From Eubacteriales bacterium (GTDB lineage: Bacteria; Bacillota; Clostridia; Oscillospirales; QAKW01): a DNA stretch of 63,426 bases. The first letter of the stretch is position 1. The number at the start of each line of letters is the position of its first letter. Made by a program: the position numbers and the translations under genes. Positions 1 through 9,762 of this stretch are shown piece by piece. The DNA is taken from NCBI GenBank assembly GCA_045544995.1, contig JAZQAE010000112.1, positions 1 to 63,426 of the forward strand. The letters are read 5' to 3'. A model generated the notes under the pieces. The model did not search any database. It was not told where the DNA came from and worked only from the letters and a program-made list of their open reading frames with translations.

Positions 1-130
1 ATAACGTAGATTCAGACAGTTCCAGATACGGTTTCATGTCTTTGATGATCTTATATCCATAGGAATCTTCATTCTTGATGGCTGCCAAGACGCAGACATC
101 CAAAAGTCCTCGTTTCAACTGAACGTCCAT
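1..130 (-). CDS. PadR-family transcriptional regulator (5' part, runs off window)
   Basis: Manual translation from ATG at 130: MDVQLKRGLLDVCVLAAIKNEDSYGYKIIKDMKPYLELSESTL; QLKRG..YGY..ESTL pattern of PadR; SD GGAGGT upstream. Confidence 0.85.
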   Translation of the reverse strand, partial: MDVQLKRGLLDVCVLAAIKNEDSYGYKIIKDMKPYLELSESTL

Positions 131-150
131 ACAATACCTCCCATCTCGCA

Positions 151-183
151 ATACATCGTATCACGAAGTATAAATTTTGTCAA
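151..183 (-). promoter_or_regulatory. sigma-A promoter with overlapping imperfect palindrome (probable PadR operator)
   Basis: TTGACA-17-TACGAT on minus strand; ATACATCG-N5-CGAAGTAT at 151-171. Confidence 0.6.
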
Positions 184-192
184 TCCCCACAT

Positions 193-256
193 AAAAAACA
201 CGGCAGATTAGCGTGATACTCTTAACGGAGTATCACCCTAATCTGCCGTGTTTTTT
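193..256. terminator. very long hairpin terminator after the Cthe_2159-like gene
   Basis: 29-bp arms including the A/T tracts (28/29 match), 6-nt loop. Confidence 0.8.
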
Positions 257-2097
257 TAATTTGCTGTAAACGTTCCGCTCTCCGTACCGACGACGAGGGT
301 ATATTGCTCCCCTTTTACCAGTTCCGGCGCTGAAAGAATGAGCACCGCAAAGTTCAGTTCCGGTTGATGGGAAAGAAGGACATTTCCTTTTGCATCCTTC
401 AACAGAATTTGCGTACCTGCCGGCTGGTTTCCTGCATTGATCGCAATCACCCCTTGCACGGAATCGCTGAAAGACTGCGCCATTCCGGATGCCCCGGTCC
501 CAATAAAAGTTCCGCCGGTGATAATAGCACTCTTATCATAGTCAAGGGTTGCGGTATCGCCTTGGGTGGGACCCACAACCGTGGTGTGTCCGCCGGATAT
601 TTCCAACGTGCCGTTGGCATCCAACCCATCTCCGGAGGAATTGATATAAAGCGTACCGCCCGAGATCTTAATACTGCCGTTAGAGTTTGCGGACATTCCG
701 CCACCGGGGCCTCCCCCGCCGGGTCGGTTTCCGCCCATTCCACCAAACCCGCCGCCGAACATCCCGTCACGACCGCCTTCCGTACCGCTTTGGTCTGTTC
801 CGCCTGCCGCATTCAGTCCGTCATCACTGGCTTTGAGCTTGATCGTTCCGCCTTGTATATCAATATGTAAAGCCTCCAAGCCCTCATAGCTTTCAGAGAT
901 ATCCATCGTTCCTGCGGTAATGGTCAAGGTCTCCTCCGCATGAATGGCATCGTCACCCGATGCGATGGTAAAGGTTCCGCCGTTCAGCATGATGGAACCA
1001 TCGGAATGGATGGAATCATCTGCGGAATTGATGGTAATACTTCCGCCTGAGATCAGCATACTGTTTGCTGATTTTAAACCTTTCATACTAACGGTTTCTT
1101 CCGTCGCCGTGGCAGTATTCTGGAATTCCCCGGGGCGCTTTCCGCCGGGACCGCCACCCATAAATCCGCCGTAATTACCGGAAGATGCTTTGGTACCGTT
1201 TTCGCTACCGCCACCCACCAAAAGGTCGATCGTGCCGTCTGCAATCTGAAGATAGGAACCGGTGGTAATACCATCCCCCTCTGCTTCCGCTTTCACCGTG
1301 CCGCTTGCCATATAAACAAACCCCAAAGCGGCATCCTCCGTATTCTCGGCATGGATGGCATCCTTGCCGGCATCAATATTCAAAGCGGCGTCTGCAATTC
1401 TTACACTATCATTGGCATCCAACCCATGAGACGCCGAATGGATGGTATAGGTGCCCCCGGTAATGACCAGGTCGTCCTTCCCGACGATGCCGTGGCCGGC
1501 AGGAGAAGTGACCGTCAAGGAACCGGTTCCGTTCAGGGTCAGATCTTGCTTGGAATATATGGCGCCATCAATATTATTCTCATCAATGGCGGTAAAACTG
1601 CCGCCATTGGCAAGGGTATTGGCCGTGCCATCTAAGAGAGTCAAAAACACCTTATCGGCTTCTAAAATATACAACGCAGCCGAGGTTTTACTCGTAATAC
1701 GGACCCCATTAAACACCAATTGCAGTTTCGCCGTCTCCGGGGCATGAACCACCAGCATTCCGTCCGACAGTTCGCCCGAGATCAAGTAAGTTGCCTCTTC
1801 AGTGATAGTCACAGTTGAGCCGGAGATCTTCACGCTATCGGAACTGGCGGATGCCGAAGTCCCGTTCAGTTTGATGGAAACGGCCGTATTTTCCTCGTAC
1901 TCGGTTTTACGGTCCCGTTCCGTGAACATCTCTGAATCGGTTTTTGAAAAATCCACCTCGACAGGCTCTGCGGTTTCATGATTGATCACGGTATTATCGC
2001 CTAAATCCTCAATTTCGTTTTTTTCTTCTGGTCCGCAGCCGGAAAAGAAACCGAGAATTAAGGTCAGGATCAATAGGATTGATAATTGCTTCTTCAT
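256..2097 (-). CDS. Cthe_2159/DUF4353 carbohydrate-binding beta-helix lipoprotein
   Basis: Lipobox FSGC; repeated 'I.GG...I.S.DD.IH' beta-helix turns; Gly-rich GGPGG inserts; typical VTC/DUF4956 context. Confidence 0.85.
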   Translation of the reverse strand: MKKQLSILLILTLILGFFSGCGPEEKNEIEDLGDNTVINHETAEPVEVDFSKTDSEMFTERDRKTEYEENTAVSIKLNGTSASASSDSVKISGSTVTITEEATYLISGELSDGMLVVHAPETAKLQLVFNGVRITSKTSAALYILEADKVFLTLLDGTANTLANGGSFTAIDENNIDGAIYSKQDLTLNGTGSLTVTSPAGHGIVGKDDLVITGGTYTIHSASHGLDANDSVRIADAALNIDAGKDAIHAENTEDAALGFVYMASGTVKAEAEGDGITTGSYLQIADGTIDLLVGGGSENGTKASSGNYGGFMGGGPGGKRPGEFQNTATATEETVSMKGLKSANSMLISGGSITINSADDSIHSDGSIMLNGGTFTIASGDDAIHAEETLTITAGTMDISESYEGLEALHIDIQGGTIKLKASDDGLNAAGGTDQSGTEGGRDGMFGGGFGGMGGNRPGGGGPGGGMSANSNGSIKISGGTLYINSSGDGLDANGTLEISGGHTTVVGPTQGDTATLDYDKSAIITGGTFIGTGASGMAQSFSDSVQGVIAINAGNQPAGTQILLKDAKGNVLLSHQPELNFAVLILSAPELVKGEQYTLVVGTESGTFTAN

Positions 2098-2109
2098 CGG
2101 CTCCCCCTA

Positions 2110-2805
2110 TTACAGTTCTGTGCCGGCTGTTTCTTGCCTGGAGACCGCTATTTCAAGGTTTCCGTTTCGGCAACGAATCCGATCAATCATCTCTTTCTCA
2201 CGGCTAACGTCACGAAGCATGACGTGATACGTAACCTTGAACATACTGCCCATATTGGTGCTCTTCACACGGACGAGATCGTGGGACAGGGTGAATTCAG
2301 CAAAAATATCATCAAAAACACCGGAGTAATCCAGATCTTCCGGAATGGTAATAGTTAAAGTTTTATAGGTGGCGCCATTCTTTTTAGTGCCAAAATCCAG
2401 CCGGTTATAGAGCACAAACATCAGGCACATCACCACCGCAAACAAAACGGCAAAGCCCAAATAACCCATTCCTGCAATCAGCCCTGCCCCCATCGCCAAG
2501 AACAAGGTACAGATCTCTTTTGCCGTACCGGGAACACTGCGAAACCGCACCAGGCTAAATGCACCGGCCACCGCAACACCGGTTCCTACGTTACCGTTTA
2601 CCATCATAATAACGACGCAGACGACGGCCGGAAGCAGTGCCAACGTCACCACAAAGCTTTTGGTATAGCGGGTACGATACATATAGGCAAAAGCCATCAG
2701 TAAACCAATCAACAACGAGGTGCCAAGGCAAAGCAAAAAGTCGGTCACACCGATGACCGCCACCAAGTCGGTATCAAATAATCCTTTAAATAAGTTTTCA
2801 AGCAT
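2110..2805 (-). CDS. DUF4956 membrane protein
   Basis: GAFSLVRFRSVPG motif, several TM helices, C-terminal IRCRNGNLEI. Confidence 0.9.
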   Translation of the reverse strand: MLENLFKGLFDTDLVAVIGVTDFLLCLGTSLLIGLLMAFAYMYRTRYTKSFVVTLALLPAVVCVVIMMVNGNVGTGVAVAGAFSLVRFRSVPGTAKEICTLFLAMGAGLIAGMGYLGFAVLFAVVMCLMFVLYNRLDFGTKKNGATYKTLTITIPEDLDYSGVFDDIFAEFTLSHDLVRVKSTNMGSMFKVTYHVMLRDVSREKEMIDRIRCRNGNLEIAVSRQETAGTEL

Positions 2806-3541
2806 GTTTCGTAACCTCCAACATTTGATATGGGTTTATGATATGAGTTTTAGGGAAGATCAAAGTTTTATAGGCCGTCCCGTATTTGGAAAAAGGGGTT
2901 TTATAGAGCTTTTCTTTCGACAGCACATCGGTCATCCAAAGGGGAATCCCCCCGCTACATTTAATTTCCATCAGCACCTTGCCTTCAGGTAAAATCGGCG
3001 TACCATAGGCTTCCGACGCAAGGGATAGATCCTCTTGCCGACAAAGAATGTGATCGTCAAAAGTGATACGAAAATCGGTGCCGTCCTTTGCATAATAAGC
3101 CTCTCGCTCGTAAGAAAGAAATACTGTGGGATGAAGAGTGCCGTAGAATTTCGCAAAATAATCAATTTCATTTACGATCTGAGTCTGTTTTTCTGGATCC
3201 TTCTCCCCCGAAAGCCATGCCATCGCCTCATGGTTTGGCAATGAGATCCTTCTTTTATATACCACATGCTTATATTTCTTTTTCAGTTCCACAAAAACCG
3301 GACTCTCCGCCGATGCTTTACTATAACTGCGGATACGCAATTTTTCCTTATAGACCGGCTTTTCAATGGAACGGCGAATCAACAAAAAGGAATCGGTATC
3401 ATAATAAAGATTGCGAATGGTAGTCCTACCGTATTGATCTGGTTTCATATAGGGTTCCATCGCCGTAAGAACCTTTTCTTTTTGATCGAGGGTCAGCATA
3501 TATTTCAGTTCGTATCGTTTAAATACGGTTTGAAATGCCAT
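2798..3541 (-). CDS. VTC (polyphosphate polymerase)/CYTH-like domain protein
   Basis: RYELKY, YYDT, KLRIRSY, RITFD, FSKY motifs. Confidence 0.9.
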   Translation of the reverse strand: MAFQTVFKRYELKYMLTLDQKEKVLTAMEPYMKPDQYGRTTIRNLYYDTDSFLLIRRSIEKPVYKEKLRIRSYSKASAESPVFVELKKKYKHVVYKRRISLPNHEAMAWLSGEKDPEKQTQIVNEIDYFAKFYGTLHPTVFLSYEREAYYAKDGTDFRITFDDHILCRQEDLSLASEAYGTPILPEGKVLMEIKCSGGIPLWMTDVLSKEKLYKTPFSKYGTAYKTLIFPKTHIINPYQMLEVTKHA

Positions 3542-3548
3542 AAAAAAG

Positions 3549-3603
3549 CCTCCTGTACCTTGATAGCATCATTGTACAGGAGGAAGATTGAAGTTTTATT
3601 GAA
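3549..3603 (-). promoter_or_regulatory. OmpR-type box and -10 element, overlapping a terminator/anti-SD hairpin
   Basis: Minus strand TTCAAT-N5-TTCAAT-N10-TACAAT; inverted repeat CCTCCTGTAC/GTACAGGAGG followed by CTTTTTT. Confidence 0.65.
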
Positions 3604-4840
3604 AGACAGGAAGTTGCACCCGAAACTCCACAAAGCCTTGATAGCAAAGCACGTCGATCTGCCCTTTATGGGAGATCACGATCGACTTTGCAATGGCAAG
3701 ACCGAGTCCAAAATGCTGATCCTCCCCGTTTCGGGCAGAATCCATGCGGTAGAACCGCTCAAAAATCTGCGTCCGTTGCTCTTGGGGAATTTCTTTTCCT
3801 TTATTGATCACAGATAGTTTGACAGTTCCATGCTCTTGGCTCAAAGATAAATACACCTCGCCGTGTTCGTCGCTATGACGAATGGCATTATCCAGCAGAA
3901 TGGAAACGATCTGCTTCAGCTGCGTGCTATCCCCTTCTAATCCGACGTTTTCCGTGATATGACTATGAAGCGTCAGCCCTCTTTCAAAGGCCACACTCTC
4001 AAAGGGAAGGGCTTCTCCCGCCACCAGACGGCTGAAGTCAAGTTGTTCCCTCTGCGGTGCCACGCTCTCCGTCCGAGCCAGTTGGAGAAGCTGCCCCACC
4101 AGCATTCCCATCCGTTCATTTTCGTACTGAATGTTTTGGAGCCATTGATTCTCCCCAATCTCACGAGACAACAACTCCGCATTGGCGCTGACCACCGAGA
4201 CCGGAGTTTTCAGCTCATGGCCGGCATCGGAGATGAACTGCTTTTGCTTTTGATAGCTCTCTTCCAAGGGGTTTACGATCTTTCTCGCCAGAAACACTGA
4301 CAAAAAGTAGAATAAAACCAAAGCTACACCGCCGAAAATCAACGTATAACGGAATAAGGTTGCGGCGTTTTCATTGATCACGGTATTATCCATAAAGGCG
4401 ACCAAAACGTAGCCGTTTTTTTGCATTTTTAAATAAGCAAGGTTCTTCGTGATGCCAAAACTCTTTTCGCCTTTTATAATCTTTTGCGCTACTTTTTCCA
4501 GTTCCTCATCGGAATATACCGTTGGCGGCTCATTCTTTATTTCAAGGACTTTGCCGTCATTGGAAAACGCCACCGTATAGAAGGTGGACAATTGAAACAA
4601 CGGCGAATCAAAACCGGGGCCATGATTTTCCTCCGGCCTTGGTTTGCTTGGAGGGATCATTTCTTCAAAAGACTGAGAAAGTGTATACCGTTCCGCATGG
4701 GTATGCAACATTCTCTCGTTTTGTTTTTGCATTTCAAAATAACTGGAAGCGTAGATGACGCTGAGAGTACCCACCCATAACAGCACCAGGATCGACATGA
4801 TCGCCGCAACGATTCTTCTACGAGATTTCTTAAACATCAT
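3596..4840 (-). CDS. sensor histidine kinase
   Basis: Two TM helices, H-box FISDAGHELKTP, N-box LLDNA, FERFYR, GLGLAI. Confidence 0.95.
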   Translation of the reverse strand: MMFKKSRRRIVAAIMSILVLLWVGTLSVIYASSYFEMQKQNERMLHTHAERYTLSQSFEEMIPPSKPRPEENHGPGFDSPLFQLSTFYTVAFSNDGKVLEIKNEPPTVYSDEELEKVAQKIIKGEKSFGITKNLAYLKMQKNGYVLVAFMDNTVINENAATLFRYTLIFGGVALVLFYFLSVFLARKIVNPLEESYQKQKQFISDAGHELKTPVSVVSANAELLSREIGENQWLQNIQYENERMGMLVGQLLQLARTESVAPQREQLDFSRLVAGEALPFESVAFERGLTLHSHITENVGLEGDSTQLKQIVSILLDNAIRHSDEHGEVYLSLSQEHGTVKLSVINKGKEIPQEQRTQIFERFYRMDSARNGEDQHFGLGLAIAKSIVISHKGQIDVLCYQGFVEFRVQLPVFQ

Positions 4841-5513
4841 CGCACCTCAATTCATAGCCCACGCCACGCACTGCCTTAATCTCGGTTTTTGCCCCCACAA
4901 AGTTGAGTTTTTTACGAGTGAAGGACATATAAACTTCTACGTTATTGTATTCGGCATCGCTTTCAAAACCCCAGATCTTCACTGCCAACTGCTCACGTGT
5001 AAGGATCTGACCGCTGTTTGCTATTAAATATTCAAGGATGCGGTATTCTTTTTCGCTAAGCCGTACGCTCTGACCGTTTCTAATGCAGGATAGCGAAAGT
5101 GCGCCGGTATCCAAAGAAATATCTCCAAAGGAAAGAATTCCGTCGGTCGTTCCCAGTGTTCTTCTGCCAAGGGCACGCAGACGGGCGAGCAGTTCTTTGG
5201 TCATAAACGGCTTGGTCAAATAATCGTCCGCACCGCTATCCAGCCCCGTCACTTTATCGTCCAATTCTGCTTTGGCCGTCAGCATCAATATCGGGGTGGC
5301 GATCCCTTTGCTCCGTGCCCGCCGGACGATCTCATATCCGTTCATGCCGGGAAGCATCACGTCGAGAATGACAATATCATAAATGTTGCTCTCGATCGCA
5401 GTCAACCCATCAAGTCCGTTGGCGTAATGATCCACTTCATAATTTTCAAGGCGGAGGATTTCGCAAAGTGCCTCAGCCATTCTTTTTTCATCTTCAACGA
5501 GTAAAAGCCTCAT
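4830..5513 (-). CDS. OmpR-family response regulator
   Basis: Receiver domain LDVMLP/GADDY plus winged helix VRGVGY. Confidence 0.95.
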   Translation of the reverse strand: MRLLLVEDEKRMAEALCEILRLENYEVDHYANGLDGLTAIESNIYDIVILDVMLPGMNGYEIVRRARSKGIATPILMLTAKAELDDKVTGLDSGADDYLTKPFMTKELLARLRALGRRTLGTTDGILSFGDISLDTGALSLSCIRNGQSVRLSEKEYRILEYLIANSGQILTREQLAVKIWGFESDAEYNNVEVYMSFTRKKLNFVGAKTEIKAVRGVGYELRCDDV

Positions 5514-5567
5514 AGGGACACCCTCATCTATTATCGCTATACTATTTTTTTATAAAAATATTCCTTA

Positions 5568-6572
5568 TCACTTTTTGCTTTTACGATATACGTTCTTAGC
5601 GGGTAGATATTTCAAGAGGCTATACCGCTCGGTGCCGAGTTTTTCAGAATATACAGACAATTCCATTTTGCTGTAGCAAATCGTTGACACCGGAAAGCAG
5701 TACCAAGAACCACGTTCCCAGTTCTGCTGTTTTTGCAGATCCTGGAATATATCAAAATTCACTTCATCAAATTTTCCGCCGGTATATTGATCCATGCCTT
5801 TCAGGTCGAAGCGAATGGAAAAGTCGGCGGGTGCTTCCTCCGGAATACGAAAATTGAGATACCCATCGTCTTTACTGTAATAAATACTGTTGTACAGTTC
5901 ATCCAAAAACGGTTGCCACACCACCAGAGCCTGCTGGCGCTTTGCTTCATACATGGCATTTTGCGATGCATCATACGGAAGTTCTGCAGAGTCCTTTGCA
6001 ACACGGTAGTAGCGAAGGGTTCCTCCCTTTTTCACCGCCATTTCCTTGTCGGAATAAAGTCGGTATTCTATCGTACTTCCATCCTCGCAGGTAAACGTCA
6101 CCTTCAGTTCAAGATCCTCATTTTCGTCATCCAGCAGTTCTTTTAACAGCCGTTTATACTTTACCCTCTGCATTCCGTCGCAAAGGGTCTGCAACGTATT
6201 TTCATCGGTGATCGTTTGTACCGTTGCAGCGTCGTAATTATAGGATACCTCGACAGAAGTAACCTCCTCTTTTTCGGGGAGAACGGGGCTTGCGGGCAGA
6301 TTTAGGATTATGACCATTGCCAAAAATCCTGCTCCCAAAAAAGCTCCGATGATCTTGATATAATCTACGAGCAAAAAAACGTGTTTTTTACCGCATATAA
6401 GGGCAACGATCAAACCGAGAACCCCCATGGGAAGCAGATACTTCAAAACAAACAGGATCGCTGCCCATATTGATTGAAATACCAGTCCAAAAACACCGAA
6501 AACAACATACACCGGCACCAACGCAATCGCCAGGAAAGCCAAAAGCATTAATATTCCGCCAGCTTCAATCAT
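5568..6572 (-). CDS. hypothetical membrane protein
   Basis: 334-aa ORF with SD, about 3 N-terminal TM segments then a soluble domain. Confidence 0.7.
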   Translation of the reverse strand: MIEAGGILMLLAFLAIALVPVYVVFGVFGLVFQSIWAAILFVLKYLLPMGVLGLIVALICGKKHVFLLVDYIKIIGAFLGAGFLAMVIILNLPASPVLPEKEEVTSVEVSYNYDAATVQTITDENTLQTLCDGMQRVKYKRLLKELLDDENEDLELKVTFTCEDGSTIEYRLYSDKEMAVKKGGTLRYYRVAKDSAELPYDASQNAMYEAKRQQALVVWQPFLDELYNSIYYSKDDGYLNFRIPEEAPADFSIRFDLKGMDQYTGGKFDEVNFDIFQDLQKQQNWERGSWYCFPVSTICYSKMELSVYSEKLGTERYSLLKYLPAKNVYRKSKK

Positions 6573-6600
6573 GAAAACCCCTCCCTTTTAATGTGCTATA

Positions 6601-8121
6601 TCACAATTTCAATCGTTTTTCCAGTTCCTCTGAAAGCGCATGATTTTGAATATGAACCTTCACTTCGTTGGACAGGGCATTCGTTTTAAGGTGCATCACA
6701 AGGCTGGTGATCCCGGCTTTTTGACGAAGCGGCGTCGTGACGTTTTCTGCCGCAATCAGATTTCGCTCCATAAATACGGTGACGTTTTTCGTAAACCCGC
6801 CGTAGTAGGCCGTGATCTTTCCGTTGTTCATAGCAAGGCCGTTGGTTTGATAAGCGAGAACGGCGCTCCATGCTTTCACAATAAATATAACACCAACCGC
6901 TCCTGCCACTGCAAAAGCAACCGTAGCAACAACGGAGGACGACACATTAAATATCAGCATCGGTATGATTACTTGCAATAACAACAGCCCTGTTATAACA
7001 CCAAGAATCAAGGTGAACCAGGATATAAATGAAAAATAAGAAACGGACTTGGTCTGCTTTGAATCCGGAATATAGTCGGGCAATACCCTCCCTAAGATTT
7101 CGTCCACCTCATCATATTTACAAAACGGAACCAATACCCCAAGTTCTGCATTGTTATCATTTCCGCCGTCGTTGGTGTATCCGATGACTTCCAATCTGAT
7201 TTGGGCAAACCCCAATATTCGCTGTACAAGACCTTGCGTGATCTTAACCGCTTTGATTCTATCATAGCTGAAGGTATTGGTATGCCGTTCCAAAAGCCCG
7301 AAGGAGATCTGAATATCATTTCCCCGTTTGGTGATGGTAAAGTTGTGGTATCCGATGAAGGAATGAATCATGCATCCAATAAACGAGAAGGCGGAAAAGA
7401 GCAACATCGCCCCCGCCATAATCAAGACGGAATACAAGAAATACTGTCCCCACGTACCGAGGGCGTCCAGTTGGAGCATCGCCTTACACACACCGATGAT
7501 CACAATGGCCAATATACCAAACAGCGCTGTGAAGAATGCGGTGGATGCAATATTGATGAGCGTATACAGCATTTTCTTACCGGAGGTAAAGCGGTACAGA
7601 CTGTCCTTATCAGAAAGCAGTACCTCCTCTTTTTCATTTTCGGCTGTTCGTATCCCGCTCTCTTTTAATCTGTTCAATTCGTCCAGCAAAGCGTCAACCG
7701 TCTTTGCTTTTTCTATGATAATGATCTCCGCCTGATGGGCAGTATTCGTGGAACCGCTGTCAACGGTCAGAATTGCAATGCCGAAAATTCGATGAAAAAG
7801 GTTTTGCTTCTTATTGATGGCGTGAACCTTTTTGTAGTCTAAGACGGAGTTTTTTCTAAACAGCACGCCTCGATTACACTTGATTTCCTTTTCCGTCAGT
7901 TCGTATCCGGAGGTCTTGTAATATAGAATTCGGTATGCCACAAGGCAGAGATAAATCACGATAAAAGCAATCACAAAAATAGGGATCGCCGCAATAATAT
8001 CTTCCGGATTCGACTCCTCGTCAAGAAAGAAATCTTTCAGAAAGATAAACACGACTACAAGACTACCGAACAAATCCGACAATAAACTGGAATAAATGTA
8101 TCCTTTGTCAAATCTCTTCAT
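6601..8121 (-). CDS. YdbT-like bacterial PH-domain membrane protein
   Basis: Repeated bPH_2-like segments (QNLFHRIFG, QGLVQRILG) between TM pairs; paired with YdbS-like gene. Confidence 0.8.
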   Translation of the reverse strand: MKRFDKGYIYSSLLSDLFGSLVVVFIFLKDFFLDEESNPEDIIAAIPIFVIAFIVIYLCLVAYRILYYKTSGYELTEKEIKCNRGVLFRKNSVLDYKKVHAINKKQNLFHRIFGIAILTVDSGSTNTAHQAEIIIIEKAKTVDALLDELNRLKESGIRTAENEKEEVLLSDKDSLYRFTSGKKMLYTLINIASTAFFTALFGILAIVIIGVCKAMLQLDALGTWGQYFLYSVLIMAGAMLLFSAFSFIGCMIHSFIGYHNFTITKRGNDIQISFGLLERHTNTFSYDRIKAVKITQGLVQRILGFAQIRLEVIGYTNDGGNDNNAELGVLVPFCKYDEVDEILGRVLPDYIPDSKQTKSVSYFSFISWFTLILGVITGLLLLQVIIPMLIFNVSSSVVATVAFAVAGAVGVIFIVKAWSAVLAYQTNGLAMNNGKITAYYGGFTKNVTVFMERNLIAAENVTTPLRQKAGITSLVMHLKTNALSNEVKVHIQNHALSEELEKRLKL

Positions 8122-8602
8122 TCTTCAGTTCCTCAATTCTTGCCTCAAGATGATGTTCAAGTGCGTCGATCATATGATCCGCCTCAACGGTCGTGAGGGT
8201 GGAAATGTCAAAATTCGATCCGGCCGTTGAGATGGTAACACCGCTAAGCTTTAACATCATCATAAGCGGTCCTTGGGTTCTATGGAGATCCTGGATCTGA
8301 CAGACGGGAATGACCACTCTCTTTCGAAAAATCACACCCTGCTTAACGACGATCCGCTTTTCATCGTAACCCCAAGCGTACATTTTGTAGCGCAATGCCG
8401 GCAGTATCAACGTGACGGCAAGAAGTAAACCGACGGGGATTCCTACCCCCAACAAAACGGCAAGCGTCACGTCGTTCGACGCACCCGTTGCATTCAAAAT
8501 GAAAGCAACGCTTGAAAAAACGCCCACCAGTACCAGCGCAATGATCCCTGCACGAACGTACCACAATTTCAGTACGCTTTTATCTAATTTTTTCAGTTCC
8601 AT
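8108..8602 (-). CDS. YdbS-like bacterial PH-domain membrane protein
   Basis: Two TM helices then GVIFRKRVVIP..IQ..QGPL..STAG; start moved to ATG 8602 behind SD GGAGG. Confidence 0.8.
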   Translation of the reverse strand: MELKKLDKSVLKLWYVRAGIIALVLVGVFSSVAFILNATGASNDVTLAVLLGVGIPVGLLLAVTLILPALRYKMYAWGYDEKRIVVKQGVIFRKRVVIPVCQIQDLHRTQGPLMMMLKLSGVTISTAGSNFDISTLTTVEADHMIDALEHHLEARIEELKNEEI

Positions 8603-8681
8603 ACGTATCCCTCCTATGGTTTTTGCTATAAGCAATTATAGCATATTGGGCGCAAAAAATAAAGCATTTCCGGCAAAATAT

Positions 8682-8708
8682 AGCAGACAATGGGCTCCAT
8701 TGTCTGCT
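8682..8708. terminator. 12-bp perfect inverted repeat downstream of the TetR gene (terminator or operator)
   Basis: AGCAGACAATGG-GCT-CCATTGTCTGCT. Confidence 0.45.
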
Positions 8709-8752
8709 TAGGGTTGATAATAAATCTGTTTTCAAAATTGTAAAAATTCATG

Positions 8753-9271
8753 TCATCTTCCACGGTATTCCGATTTTAACACCTCTGCCATTTCTTCGGG
8801 GGATTCCTGACAGCCTCCGGCCAGCCAAAGCTTGATGATCGCATTCAAACCGTTTCTGAAAAATTCAATATGATACTTTAAGTTATGGTCGATCTGTTCT
8901 TTTTCTGCACGGCAATGATCGTAGGTGGAAATCAAATGTTTATCGTCATAACACAGTTTAAAATACGTTTTATAGAAAATCTGGTTTTCCTTAATATGCG
9001 TAAACATCTTAAGTGCACCGCTACGTTCATTCAAATAATCATAATTGGCAAACAGATTGCTGAACTCATTTTCAAGTTTTTCTCTTGTTTTATCGGCAAG
9101 ATCGAATATATCAACGTAGTTGGCGTAGAAAGTACTGCGGTTCAATTCCGTCTTTTTAACAAGGTCTGAAACTGTTATTTCCTTAATATCATGGGTTTGC
9201 AAAAACTCAATAAAGGCTTTTTCAATTTTCTCCTGAGATTCTCTGCGTCGCTTATTATTTTTAACGTTCAT
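8753..9271 (-). CDS. TetR/AcrR-family regulator
   Basis: N-terminal HTH ITVSDLVKKTELNRSTFYANY. Confidence 0.9.
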   Translation of the reverse strand: MNVKNNKRRRESQEKIEKAFIEFLQTHDIKEITVSDLVKKTELNRSTFYANYVDIFDLADKTREKLENEFSNLFANYDYLNERSGALKMFTHIKENQIFYKTYFKLCYDDKHLISTYDHCRAEKEQIDHNLKYHIEFFRNGLNAIIKLWLAGGCQESPEEMAEVLKSEYRGR

Positions 9272-9393
9272 TGTTTTTTACTCCATTATTCCGACATCTG
9301 TTGCAAAATTGATGGTTGTTTTCAATCCTCAAAAGGATTATACTATGAGTGCAATAAAAAAACAAGTGTTGGTTTAATGAAAGGAGAATCACC

Positions 9394-9762
9394 ATGAAAA
9401 AAAGCGGTTTTGTGGCATTGATATTAGGAACTGTAAGCGGGATGCTCTTCGCTCTCGGAATGTGTATGGCACTTCTGCCTGAATGGGATGCCTTTACAGA
9501 AGGTGTAGTTTTCGGAGCCATTGGTATCGTGCTCGGTGTTATCACGGCACTGATCTGGCGCAAAATGGAAGACAAAAAAATGCCGAAAATGAATGCAAAA
9601 AACGTATTCCGCACCATTTACGCCGTCATCGGTGCTTTGATACTTGGGGCAGGAATGTGTATGTGTTTGGTGTGGGAGCAGATCATCTGGGGCACCCTTG
9701 TGGGTCTCTTGGGCATCATCATGCTGATCGCACTCATTCCGATGATTAAAGGCATCAAATGA
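9394..9762 (+). CDS. small 4-TM membrane protein
   Basis: SD AAGGAG; two similar halves each containing GMCM. Confidence 0.8.
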   Translation: MKKSGFVALILGTVSGMLFALGMCMALLPEWDAFTEGVVFGAIGIVLGVITALIWRKMEDKKMPKMNAKNVFRTIYAVIGALILGAGMCMCLVWEQIIWGTLVGLLGIIMLIALIPMIKGIK

